Shown here piece after piece: positions 1 to 9,462 of a stretch of DNA of 64,000 nt. Each line of letters opens with the position of its first letter. Position 1 is the first letter of the stretch. The stretch spans positions 8,929-72,928 of the IMG/VR virus record IMGVR_UViG_3300021387_000535; one strand, 5' to 3'. The notes under the pieces were generated by a model. The model made no database searches, had not been told where the DNA came from, and saw only the letters and a list, made by a program, of their open reading frames with translations. The DNA comes from a virus (Duplodnaviria > Caudoviricetes). The translations under genes and the position numbers were made by a program.

Positions 1-1947
1 CGAAAGGTTGTCAAACACATCGTCACGGTAAAGCTCGTAATCATTAGTGCTTTCCGCAAGAACCTTCGTGGATGTCCTAAGTGTTAGCTTAACGCTTAAG
101 GTAACGCCGTCGCTAAGTATTCTTCCGTATGCGCCAGAAGCGCTTTTCATGGCTATCACAAATCTTCCGCCTACACTTTGGCCTACTCCAAGTTGGAATC
201 CAATTTCCCCGTCTCTACGTTCAAGCGGGGTGTCCGCCCATATTGTAGCATTTTGCCCAACATTATATAAGTTCAATCCACGTCTTTCCCACAATGGATA
301 TTCCTTGTCTTCTTTCGGCTTTGTTACATTCCTTGTGCTCATACGAACCCGCTCGTTATTATTGGTGTCGTACACAACAACGCCATCTTCTCCCTTGATT
401 GTAACGTTACCTTGAATATCAGCACCAACACAAAACATCCTTCCGTTAATATCAACATAGAAGTTCGTGTTCGGGTCAATGGCGGTTTCGCCGCCAAGCC
501 ACAACGGATAAACCATATCACCCGAAACATTGCCGTCGGCATAGCCAATACCACCCATTACCTTATCTAACGAAGGGTTGAGTAGTAGGATTTGATTCGT
601 TTGTAAGTATTCTATAAGCGCACGTTGCGCATACAACAAAGGTGTCATTATAGGTGCACCTTGTATCTCGAACTCCGACCAATAATAACGCCACGCCGTG
701 CTAATCCCAGGTCTATTGCCGTTGTTGCCGTCGGAACTTATAACACCATTATGTGTTGCTTTTGCATTATACCACACGGCACTACCGCCTTCCGTTACAC
801 TTACAATATCAAGATACCGATGCCCATCATCGCTTAACATGTTTTCGTCGTAAACATCCTCGTCGTTACGGTAGTATTTACCTACCTCCCATTCCGATAC
901 ACGTAAAATCAAGCCCTCGTATCCTTGTGGGCCAGTATCACCTTTGAGACCATCGCTAATAACGGGAATATCTTCTTCATCGTAGATTCCACCATCGGCG
1001 TTGTCAATAAGACGAAGGCGAAGAGATGTCTCGTTGCCAGTTAGTGGAACACCATAGTTGTCAAGGATAGCACCGCCAACAATCTGTCTACTACAGTTAC
1101 TCCATGTCGTGCCACCATCCTTGCTATACTTGGCCATCACTTTCACTCCCGAGCCAATCATCACCAAATTACTCACCGTTCCGTCGCTAATCTTTACCGC
1201 GCCTACTTCAAGGAACACCGTCGGGGTGCGAACACCGTCCTTGTCAACCTTTATGACATTAAAAGATGGGCGTAGTTGATACACCTCACTCTTTCGGCTT
1301 TTCGTCACCGTGGCCGTGCATGCGCGTGTACCATTCAACGATGTGAGCGTTACAACAACCTTTATAACATCCGAGTCGGAAGCCGTAAGGTTTTTTACGG
1401 TTAACGTTGCACTTTGCCGATTGTTGGCTATAACAATCGTTGCTTTGTTTGTTGTTCTACCATTGATGGTTGCCGTCGCGGAAGTTATCGCGTCTGGGTT
1501 AACGCCATAATACAAACTGGCTATAGTAGTCCAAGTCCAACCAGATGGCGGCGTACCATCACCGTCGCAAATGACCATCGTCATGTCATCATCAAGAGAT
1601 GCGACAAGGGAAGTATCACCATCACTACCTTTAGCACCAGTGATACAAGTGTAGGTTGCATCTCCAGCTACATAGTCTTGTATCGAATCATTCCACGTTT
1701 GCGGTATGCTACGCATCCACACATAAGGTTTCTCGCTTGTCGGAGACGGCAACGAAGGAGACCATTGGGTGCAATCTTGAGGATAATCACTTGAACTACC
1801 ACCAATGATAGCACCAATACTCGAAAGGCTAAAACGTATTTCAGTCCAATCGCCACCTCTTCCGTCGTCGCCTTTGTCGCCCTTATCCCCTTTTTCTCCG
1901 TCGTGTATGGCTACCACGCTAAACGGTGCAGATACTCTTGTTCCCAT
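1..1947 (-). CDS. Tail fibre/adhesin-like virion protein, 3' end beyond window (>649 aa)
   Basis: Absent from the ORF track because it has no stop in the window. I translated it from ATG 1947 (MGTRVSAPFSVVAIHDGEKGDKGDKGDDG...) open to base 1. It has collagen-like GxK triplets and lies in the tail module. Confidence 0.75.
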   Translation of the reverse strand, partial: MGTRVSAPFSVVAIHDGEKGDKGDKGDDGRGGDWTEIRFSLSSIGAIIGGSSSDYPQDCTQWSPSLPSPTSEKPYVWMRSIPQTWNDSIQDYVAGDATYTCITGAKGSDGDTSLVASLDDDMTMVICDGDGTPPSGWTWTTIASLYYGVNPDAITSATATINGRTTNKATIVIANNRQSATLTVKNLTASDSDVIKVVVTLTSLNGTRACTATVTKSRKSEVYQLRPSFNVIKVDKDGVRTPTVFLEVGAVKISDGTVSNLVMIGSGVKVMAKYSKDGGTTWSNCSRQIVGGAILDNYGVPLTGNETSLRLRLIDNADGGIYDEEDIPVISDGLKGDTGPQGYEGLILRVSEWEVGKYYRNDEDVYDENMLSDDGHRYLDIVSVTEGGSAVWYNAKATHNGVISSDGNNGNRPGISTAWRYYWSEFEIQGAPIMTPLLYAQRALIEYLQTNQILLLNPSLDKVMGGIGYADGNVSGDMVYPLWLGGETAIDPNTNFYVDINGRMFCVGADIQGNVTIKGEDGVVVYDTNNNERVRMSTRNVTKPKEDKEYPLWERRGLNLYNVGQNATIWADTPLERRDGEIGFQLGVGQSVGGRFVIAMKSASGAYGRILSDGVTLSVKLTLRTSTKVLAESTNDYELYRDDVFDNLS

Positions 1948-2023
1948 AGTTTACTTTTTTTTAAAACATAAGCTAAGAACGCCGTAGGCATGCGGCTTTA
2001 CACGCCCACGGCATATCGTTCGT

Positions 2024-3181
2024 TTAATTGGTCGCAACCAATATGCCATCCAATTGCCCGCCACAAAGCTCGACCAAATCAAAGCTAATAGGCGCAGAGA
2101 AGTGGTTGCTTCCACTTGCCTTGCTACTATCCTCGGCGTTTGTCGTTTGGTTATAGTAGCCGCCACTACGTGCATTCCAGTTTGGAATACTTGCCGTGTA
2201 TTCACTACCGTCGGTCTTGTATAGCTTGCACTTGAATTGCCAACCATCAATAACGGAGTCTGGGTCGTTTGCGTTTGCCGCCCAAGCGAATAGTGTAACA
2301 ACTTGACCAGCACGAAGCTCGGCGTAACTTGATAGGCTATCAGAACCACTAACATCGCCGTTGTCAACCTTTGTTGCAAAGAACACTTCGTAATCATCGG
2401 AAACATCATCGACAACCTCGATGGCGGTTGCGTACACTTCGGTTAAGTCTTCGCTATTAAGGAAATCACACCTAACGTACAACTTGTCATCAACCTCATC
2501 CGCAGTAATTGTAATTGGGTTTCCAGTCTTCGACAATTCCTTACCCTCAAACGTCCACCTTGGAGTAAAACCAACCGTAGTTCCTTCGTCACTTCCGTTA
2601 TACAACCTTGCGGTTAGTTGAACACTTTGATTTTCGGAATCGATAACGGTGTTGTTTCCGAATTGAATCATACCAGTAAATCCAGCACCTTTTAGCTCCG
2701 TGAATCGTATTGGCCGCGACATATTGAAACTCATGGAAGACGAACTAAGGAGAACGGAGCCAGTGAACGTTATCACGTCGTTATCCGTATTGTTACCCAT
2801 TGCACTACCACCAAGATTATCGTATATGATAAGCGATGGTATAACCTTTCCACCTACGGTGTGTGTACTCCTTTTGAACTTACCAGCAAGTGCACCGTTT
2901 GTAGAAACATCACTTTCTCCTTTGTAAGTACCAAACACTATCGTAGTGCCATTGTATTGCCACGACCAATTGCCAAGTGATTCTTGACCAATACGCGTCC
3001 CGTCCCTATAGATGTCGGGATAGATAATTGGATTACCGCTTTTGTTTGTACTCCAATCGGGAATCCATACGCCAGTACCGTAGCTTTGCGTTAAAGAACC
3101 GTTTAGGTTTCTAAGCGTACCGCTTATTGTTACACCATCCTTGATGTTAACAACGGAAAACCTTGATGATACACTACTCAT
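2024..3181 (-). CDS. Virion/tail structural protein (beta-rich, Ig-like segments)
   Basis: 385-aa ORF in the tail operon, Gly/Thr/Ser-rich, YRWTF-like motif (PRWTFEG). Confidence 0.6.
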   Translation of the reverse strand: MSSVSSRFSVVNIKDGVTISGTLRNLNGSLTQSYGTGVWIPDWSTNKSGNPIIYPDIYRDGTRIGQESLGNWSWQYNGTTIVFGTYKGESDVSTNGALAGKFKRSTHTVGGKVIPSLIIYDNLGGSAMGNNTDNDVITFTGSVLLSSSSMSFNMSRPIRFTELKGAGFTGMIQFGNNTVIDSENQSVQLTARLYNGSDEGTTVGFTPRWTFEGKELSKTGNPITITADEVDDKLYVRCDFLNSEDLTEVYATAIEVVDDVSDDYEVFFATKVDNGDVSGSDSLSSYAELRAGQVVTLFAWAANANDPDSVIDGWQFKCKLYKTDGSEYTASIPNWNARSGGYYNQTTNAEDSSKASGSNHFSAPISFDLVELCGGQLDGILVATN

Positions 3182-3443
3182 TGCTCATTTCCTCCTCTTT
3201 TGTTTCTTCTTTTTCCTTACTACCAAGATTGTAACCACCATCCTTAATGGCTTTCTCGGCTTCTTTCTTTGTCATTCTAATTGCATCAACGCCATTTACA
3301 TACTCGTCTGGCGTTAACATAAGCCTTTGCATTTCGCGTGAGGTGACAATACTACGACCGTCTTTCGTTTTGTACGTTGTATCCACTACACCACATCGTT
3401 CGGCTATGTCTTTAGATACGCTAAAATAGATGGATTCTTTCAT
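3174..3443 (-). CDS. Hypothetical protein (89 aa, MKESIYF...)
   Basis: ATG at 3443 follows the stop of the upstream gene; its stop overlaps the next start. Confidence 0.6.
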   Translation of the reverse strand: MKESIYFSVSKDIAERCGVVDTTYKTKDGRSIVTSREMQRLMLTPDEYVNGVDAIRMTKKEAEKAIKDGGYNLGSKEKEETKEEEMSNE

Positions 3444-3456
3444 ATATCTTTTGCTT

Positions 3457-4725
3457 TTATTGTGTATATCTGCTTTTGTATACGCCGTGACCGTCGTATT
3501 CAACACTATCTCCGCTTGGGGAATATAACACCACATCAACACCATCGATGACTATTTGTTCGAGCTGACCACGCATCGTTACCTCGGGCATGATTAACAC
3601 GCCATTATTTCCAAACCTACGTAGGCTATCGGCAGTAACTTCAACCTCTTGTCCGTACCCTATCGTAGCCTTATTTTGGCCGTTGGTGTCCTCCCTTTTC
3701 CATACAGTTTGGAACATATCACCTGCCTTTGACGAGTCTATGTCATTTGTGCGTGTGCGGAGCATTAGGCGGAACTTCTTGTTTTTATCCCCATAACGTA
3801 TAGCACGACCATTCAATGGCAATATATCACCCTTTACTTTTGGTATGTCCCATATTATCGTTCGGACTGCGGTACAAAGCGGGTTTTCGTCGCTATCCGC
3901 ACTATGGAATACATACGCTTGGATTTTCGTTTTTTTGTCGTAACGAGCGTCCCACTTCAAGGTAGACCCGCCTTGTCCCACCATGTAGCCAGGATGGTCG
4001 CGCGTATATTCATACCCTATCATAGCTTCTTCGTCGCTAATCATCAACATTTTGTCTGGATACAATGCACTACTCGCCCACCACTCGATATAAACTTCAT
4101 CCGTGCATATCTCGCCATTCTTTCGCACAACTGCTGTAAAATTAAATTCCGAGCCTGCATCCTTTGGGTCGTCTGCAAGAAAGTCGCCGTCAAGTGGGTT
4201 GTATTTTACAACGTTCTCGGTGAGTATTTCGACCGTGTATTTGTCGTTAGGTTTGTTTACGCTCGTAAGAAGCACATATTCGTCTTTTGTTATTGGACGG
4301 CCACTATGCGGGTCTGTATAACTTGCGCGCAACAACAATGTCACGGGGGAATTAGGTGAAACGTTTTTTCTAACGATAAGGTTTCCGTTATTGTCGATAG
4401 CGTAATCATGTGGCGTTGAGTCATACGCTTGTGTTATAAGCGTAAGAATTTCAGTATCACCATCCCTACCAAGTTTGTATGTTACATGATACCACATAAA
4501 CGTAGGGTTCAGCGTCACCGATTGCCCACTTTCCGTATCTACGGCGGTAAGCATAGGCGACAACGTTAATGGGCTTATTGTTCTATCTGGCTCCCATTCG
4601 TTTTCGGTTTGATTAACGCTTTGGGTTAGTGGCGAAGCACCGACTTGTGTCACGCTCAACAAAGCACTTATAGGCTGATGGCTTGTCGAGATAACAACTG
4701 GCTTTGATATTCTTCCTATTTTCAT
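3457..4725 (-). CDS. Tail/baseplate structural protein
   Basis: 422-aa ORF, tightly coupled in the tail operon. Confidence 0.6.
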   Translation of the reverse strand: MKIGRISKPVVISTSHQPISALLSVTQVGASPLTQSVNQTENEWEPDRTISPLTLSPMLTAVDTESGQSVTLNPTFMWYHVTYKLGRDGDTEILTLITQAYDSTPHDYAIDNNGNLIVRKNVSPNSPVTLLLRASYTDPHSGRPITKDEYVLLTSVNKPNDKYTVEILTENVVKYNPLDGDFLADDPKDAGSEFNFTAVVRKNGEICTDEVYIEWWASSALYPDKMLMISDEEAMIGYEYTRDHPGYMVGQGGSTLKWDARYDKKTKIQAYVFHSADSDENPLCTAVRTIIWDIPKVKGDILPLNGRAIRYGDKNKKFRLMLRTRTNDIDSSKAGDMFQTVWKREDTNGQNKATIGYGQEVEVTADSLRRFGNNGVLIMPEVTMRGQLEQIVIDGVDVVLYSPSGDSVEYDGHGVYKSRYTQ

Positions 4726-4738
4726 AACCTTATCTATC

Positions 4739-7700
4739 TTACATTATTATACTATTAGTCTGCGTTGTGCCATCTTGGAGATAAGCTGTACATGTAAACA
4801 CAACCGTATGTCCTTGATGCCAACTTAACGGCATGTCATTGTCCGTTATGCGAATGATACGACCAGCACCGTAATGCGTCGTATTCCACCCAGTGTCCGC
4901 CTCGGCGTTGTCGCTTTCTCGCGTCCATCGCCAAACAACCACATCATTGGAAATATCGGTATAGCCAAAAAAGACATATGGGGTTGCTGGAATGTCAACA
5001 TAGCCGCTACGCGCCGAATATATTCCTTGCGTATCTATTTCCATTGTTATATTGGTGTTTCCCTCAACCAATATCCAATATTGCGAATTCCACGACGGTT
5101 CGTGGCCTATATTGTTCTTTGTGATATTACGCCAACGGCAACCGTTATGCCACACATCGGATGTTTCGATTATCGGGTTTCCAACAATATCAATAACATC
5201 TTCGTTTTCTTGTTCGAAAAGATACGTCGTTATTGAGTCCCATTCGCCGTGGTCTACGTATGTGATAGCTGGCTGTTGTTCCTTTTCCGCAATTATGATT
5301 TGCGAAGCTATGATACCATCGGCGGCAATATAATCACGGCCATCAATTAGGCGGCGTTGCACCGAGCTATCGGTGTATAGCGATTCTGGATTACCGCCAG
5401 CAACCCAACCGTACATATACGCCTCTATTATTGGCTTATTTACCAATTTTAATTTCATTATCTTACCATCGGCGGTAAGATACAACGTTTGTTGTCTACG
5501 CAAGTGTTCTGCCGCGCGTATTCGCTTTTCGGCGATTTCTTGTTCCGTATCGCCTTCGTCTATAACGGTGTCGGCATCGGTGTATCCCGCGTTACCCCAA
5601 CGGGCGATATTCATCATTGGGCACGGCTTGTAGTTCTTTCCGCTTGGCACTTGTTCATCGGCATATAATACTACCTTTACCCAGTTGTCACCAGCAACGG
5701 CGTGAACACCATCTTCTTCGTCGCTAAGAATACGCATCCATGATGTGTAGTACGAATTACGACCTTCACGCTCGGTGGTGTCCTCTACATCAACATCGCT
5801 TATACCATCCATCTTGGCGGGTAGGGTGTTGAATATTCCTCTTAGAATATTGTGCTCGTATTGCGCGGTGAAATAGCCATCGTATTTGTCTTTCAAGTGT
5901 AGCTTGTATACATTGTTCCCCAAGTCTTCTACACTTGTTATAGTATCACTTTCGGAACGGATTTCATCGCCCTCTATCGCGGCAAGTCGGTTAACGATAA
6001 GCTCCATCACCTCCATCGATGAACGGACGCGTAGGCTTTCCAACTCGGCGTTCCCAAGGTTGTCAATACGACCACCACGACCCGTGTATATTCCCTCGAT
6101 AAAGTTTCCGAATTCCGCGTCATCCATTGACACTAATCCGCGAACGAATGTTATTAACCCTTGTGCGGAATCACTATTAACCCTTGAAAGCTTCTTGTCA
6201 AGTTCCGACCATACGTTTCTCGAATATTCTTGTCTAAGCGCGGAAATAAGCGACGTTAAATGCTCAACATCTTCGCTAACCTTTCCTATTTGATTGATGA
6301 CGGCTTCGACATTATCCGTTAGCGTAATCTCGTATTCTGGCAACGGACTATTACCAAACTTTACCGTAAGTTGCTTTACGTATAGTTGCAATTCTTCGTT
6401 GGCGAACATGAACCTAACAACGCAATTTGGTTTTAACTGCGCCAAGATGCTTGTGTGTGTTGCAAGGAAAAATTCGTCGAACTTCAACGGGTAGTCGAAG
6501 TAATACACGTTGTTCTCCAACATGTACGATTTCATTTCATCATCAAGACGAGATTCCGCGTTGCTAATGTACTCTATCGGCAACGATATACCCAACACAA
6601 CAAATTCGTCACCCGTGTGCGGTTGTTGGTATATGTTTGGCATTATAGTACCAAACGTAGAATATTCCTTTTGTAGAATAAGGTTTATGCTAACCTCGTT
6701 TGACTTTGGATATTTGTTAAGGTCGCGTTGTTCGCCGTTCGGAACAAAGTTTCCATCGGCATCGTAGAAATTCTTTCTATAATCATCCCAATCCACTTGA
6801 ACGGGGAATGTACATCCAATACACGCGCCGCTACGCATGTTGATTTGCATTTCCTGTGTTATTGCGGCACAAGCGTATATGTCAAACGATAAAACGGGTA
6901 GCGTGATTTGGAAATAGCTTTGCACGTAGTTTCCATCATCATCTATTGTATCATCCCATTCTTCGACTACTTGGCGGTGATTATCTACGGGAACACATGC
7001 AACAATAGCTATTGGGCTTTGCCCGTCGTTCATTTCTGGCTTTACGTTCTCGAACTCATGTATCTCGTATGATGGCGCAACGGGATTGATTTCGTTCGGG
7101 TATGGATAATCCAATGTTGCAATAGCGTCATAGTAATCTACAAGTTCAACCGTTGGGTCATAATCTTGTGCATACGGGTTTACCTTTTTGTTCACCGACA
7201 TACTATACACCGACGGCATGAGATGCGTGCGTGTAAACGGGTGCTTGATAAGCTTTACGTATGCGCCGCCAACAATACCCATGTATAGTGGGTATGCACT
7301 TTCGGTAGGTGTTCCGTGTGGCTTGTTGTCTTCACCAATCATCGGGTCGTTGTTAACGTATGCGGTGTACTCCCAACGCGCATCACCCTCCCAAATGATT
7401 TGCGGATAACCGTAAGGTATGTTGTTCTCGCTACCGTATCCAGAAAGACGGGTTATTATCTTGTTGTTCCTTGGCGTGCGAGAATTATTTTTCAACCCTA
7501 CACCCTTACCCATTTGGAACACATAGTTTTGATTGTACCTATCTACAATCTCATTCGATGGCAATCCAACAACAACCTTAAAGCGTTTTCCGCTATTGTA
7601 ATAGTTCTCCCCGTTTTTTATAACATCAACGACGTATGGTATGCCCCAAGTGTCATACATCGTCTTAAGGGCATCGGCAATCGTGTTGTTGTCGAACGAT

Positions 7701-8242
7701 AAGACATCACTCAATTCATTGTCTTTGTCTATAGGAAAACGCTCACTCTTTACAACTATCCATTCCGTTCGTTCTAAGTTCTTGTTTAACTTAGCAATGT
7801 AGTCGTTCGGATTTCCTATCCAATGAAACGATTTATTCTCGGACAAGTAGAGTTGTTCGTTAAGCGTAACAGCAACATCGCTAAACGGGAAATTGCCAAG
7901 CATGTACATCGGGTGATAGAATTCAAACGAGTATTTCGTCATACCGTTCAAATCCCCATTGCTTGACACAATACCCTCTCTGACTATCGTAGGTGGATTT
8001 ACAAGAACATATCTTACGGCTTGCTCGTTTGCGTCATTAGGGTTTCTTTTGTATTCGATATACTCTTGCATCGTAACGGCAAGCGTGTTGTCCTTGTAGT
8101 ATACATCACCAGTAATCTTGTCACCAAGCGACATGATAACGCTATCTACGGTCGCCTTTTTCATCCTTAATCCATGAAAAGGCGTTCCGTCCGCATTGTA
8201 TATCTGGAACGTTATGTTACGCCCTAACGTGTTCGTAGCCAT
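4739..8242 (-). CDS. Large tail protein (baseplate hub/tail spike-like)
   Basis: 1167 aa; motifs IITRLSGYGSENNIPY and GKGVGL typical of phage tail hub proteins; operon context. Confidence 0.7.
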   Translation of the reverse strand: MATNTLGRNITFQIYNADGTPFHGLRMKKATVDSVIMSLGDKITGDVYYKDNTLAVTMQEYIEYKRNPNDANEQAVRYVLVNPPTIVREGIVSSNGDLNGMTKYSFEFYHPMYMLGNFPFSDVAVTLNEQLYLSENKSFHWIGNPNDYIAKLNKNLERTEWIVVKSERFPIDKDNELSDVLSFDNNTIADALKTMYDTWGIPYVVDVIKNGENYYNSGKRFKVVVGLPSNEIVDRYNQNYVFQMGKGVGLKNNSRTPRNNKIITRLSGYGSENNIPYGYPQIIWEGDARWEYTAYVNNDPMIGEDNKPHGTPTESAYPLYMGIVGGAYVKLIKHPFTRTHLMPSVYSMSVNKKVNPYAQDYDPTVELVDYYDAIATLDYPYPNEINPVAPSYEIHEFENVKPEMNDGQSPIAIVACVPVDNHRQVVEEWDDTIDDDGNYVQSYFQITLPVLSFDIYACAAITQEMQINMRSGACIGCTFPVQVDWDDYRKNFYDADGNFVPNGEQRDLNKYPKSNEVSINLILQKEYSTFGTIMPNIYQQPHTGDEFVVLGISLPIEYISNAESRLDDEMKSYMLENNVYYFDYPLKFDEFFLATHTSILAQLKPNCVVRFMFANEELQLYVKQLTVKFGNSPLPEYEITLTDNVEAVINQIGKVSEDVEHLTSLISALRQEYSRNVWSELDKKLSRVNSDSAQGLITFVRGLVSMDDAEFGNFIEGIYTGRGGRIDNLGNAELESLRVRSSMEVMELIVNRLAAIEGDEIRSESDTITSVEDLGNNVYKLHLKDKYDGYFTAQYEHNILRGIFNTLPAKMDGISDVDVEDTTEREGRNSYYTSWMRILSDEEDGVHAVAGDNWVKVVLYADEQVPSGKNYKPCPMMNIARWGNAGYTDADTVIDEGDTEQEIAEKRIRAAEHLRRQQTLYLTADGKIMKLKLVNKPIIEAYMYGWVAGGNPESLYTDSSVQRRLIDGRDYIAADGIIASQIIIAEKEQQPAITYVDHGEWDSITTYLFEQENEDVIDIVGNPIIETSDVWHNGCRWRNITKNNIGHEPSWNSQYWILVEGNTNITMEIDTQGIYSARSGYVDIPATPYVFFGYTDISNDVVVWRWTRESDNAEADTGWNTTHYGAGRIIRITDNDMPLSWHQGHTVVFTCTAYLQDGTTQTNSIIM

Positions 8243-8631
8243 ATCAAAACTTTTACAATTGCAAAGATAAGAACAATTATTGAAAACGCAAAAGCAAACT
8301 TGTAAATTTTAGGTATTTTTACAACTTCCTTTATATTTTCCTTGTATTGAATAGCTATACTATCACGCCAACATGTGTCACGGCGCTCAACAACATGGTC
8401 ACGCCAACGTATCTTCGTGTTGTATTTCTCTATAAACACGGTGTCGCCTTTTATTCGCGTATACACATATACACTATCCGTTGACCTATCAATAAGCGTG
8501 TCGTGGACGGTATTCGTAATGTAATGATTAACATCACGGTCACGATATTCTATTTTCATCTTTGTAGCACAAGATGAAAGAAGAAGGATAAAGGAAAATA
8601 ATATGACACGCAAACAATTCTTTTTCTTCAT
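8224..8631 (-). CDS. Unimolecular spanin candidate
   Basis: From MKKKNC: lipoprotein signal (FILLLSS-C), beta-rich middle, C-terminal TM helix (FAFAFSIIVLIFAIVKVLIW). This is u-spanin architecture. Confidence 0.7.
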   Translation of the reverse strand: MKKKNCLRVILFSFILLLSSCATKMKIEYRDRDVNHYITNTVHDTLIDRSTDSVYVYTRIKGDTVFIEKYNTKIRWRDHVVERRDTCWRDSIAIQYKENIKEVVKIPKIYKFAFAFSIIVLIFAIVKVLIWLRTR

Positions 8632-8771
8632 TGTGAATCTTTCTTTTATGTTAGACAAAAAAGATACATAATACAAAGGCATGTTATCTCCGCCCAAAAC
8701 GTGCTTCCTTGTAATGGAAGAACCTTCCGTGTACCACTCATGTGTGGTAGAATTGTAGTATCTCTTCATCA

Positions 8772-9455
8772 TCAAAATCGTTTCATGTCAATATTGTAGT
8801 TCTTCGTAAGCTCCTCCTGCGAAAGTTGCTTGTCATAGATACGGATAGAATGGATTTTACCAGTCAAGACCATACCAATGAGGCCATTAAAACTCCTTGC
8901 GCCGAAGAGTGTCTGGTACTTGTTATTTTGGGACACACCATTAGTTGTACTTTTCGTTGTACTTCTGATAACACCATCAACAGACAGCTTTCTATTAGGC
9001 AATGCAGATGCAGTATGGAGTGCTGGCGGGACAAAAGGGGTGCCTTGATAGTCATTCGCACCTGTTCCTTTTGTTGCGACAATTAAGCGTCCACTTCCAT
9101 TATATCCCATATAGTAGGAACCAGAGAACTGAAACGTCATCCAGCCATTGCTTCCAGTCATCGTTGCACATATCTCTACAGTTTGGAAGGTGCCAAAATA
9201 TGGCAATGCGCTTAAATATGCAACACTATTACTTCCGTTATATATTGCGCCATCATCTCCCCATGTAATATTCTCCAACAGCAAGTCGTTATCACCAACC
9301 AAATCCTTCCATTGCTCAGGACTTCCATGAACACCTACACCAGCATTCTCTATTCCGTCATACTGGCCAATCAATCCGTCTTGAACATAGGAAGAAGCAG
9401 TATAGCTTTCTCCGCTGTCTCCCATCACCCTTCGCCTGTTCAGTAGTGTTCCCAT
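8772..9455 (-). CDS. LamG/concanavalin-like receptor-binding or tail-associated protein
   Basis: MGTLLNRRR start; YDGIENAG...WKDLVG and GKIHSIRIYDKQLSQEE LamG-type motifs. Confidence 0.6.
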   Translation of the reverse strand: MGTLLNRRRVMGDSGESYTASSYVQDGLIGQYDGIENAGVGVHGSPEQWKDLVGDNDLLLENITWGDDGAIYNGSNSVAYLSALPYFGTFQTVEICATMTGSNGWMTFQFSGSYYMGYNGSGRLIVATKGTGANDYQGTPFVPPALHTASALPNRKLSVDGVIRSTTKSTTNGVSQNNKYQTLFGARSFNGLIGMVLTGKIHSIRIYDKQLSQEELTKNYNIDMKRF

Positions 9456-9462
9456 AACCTTA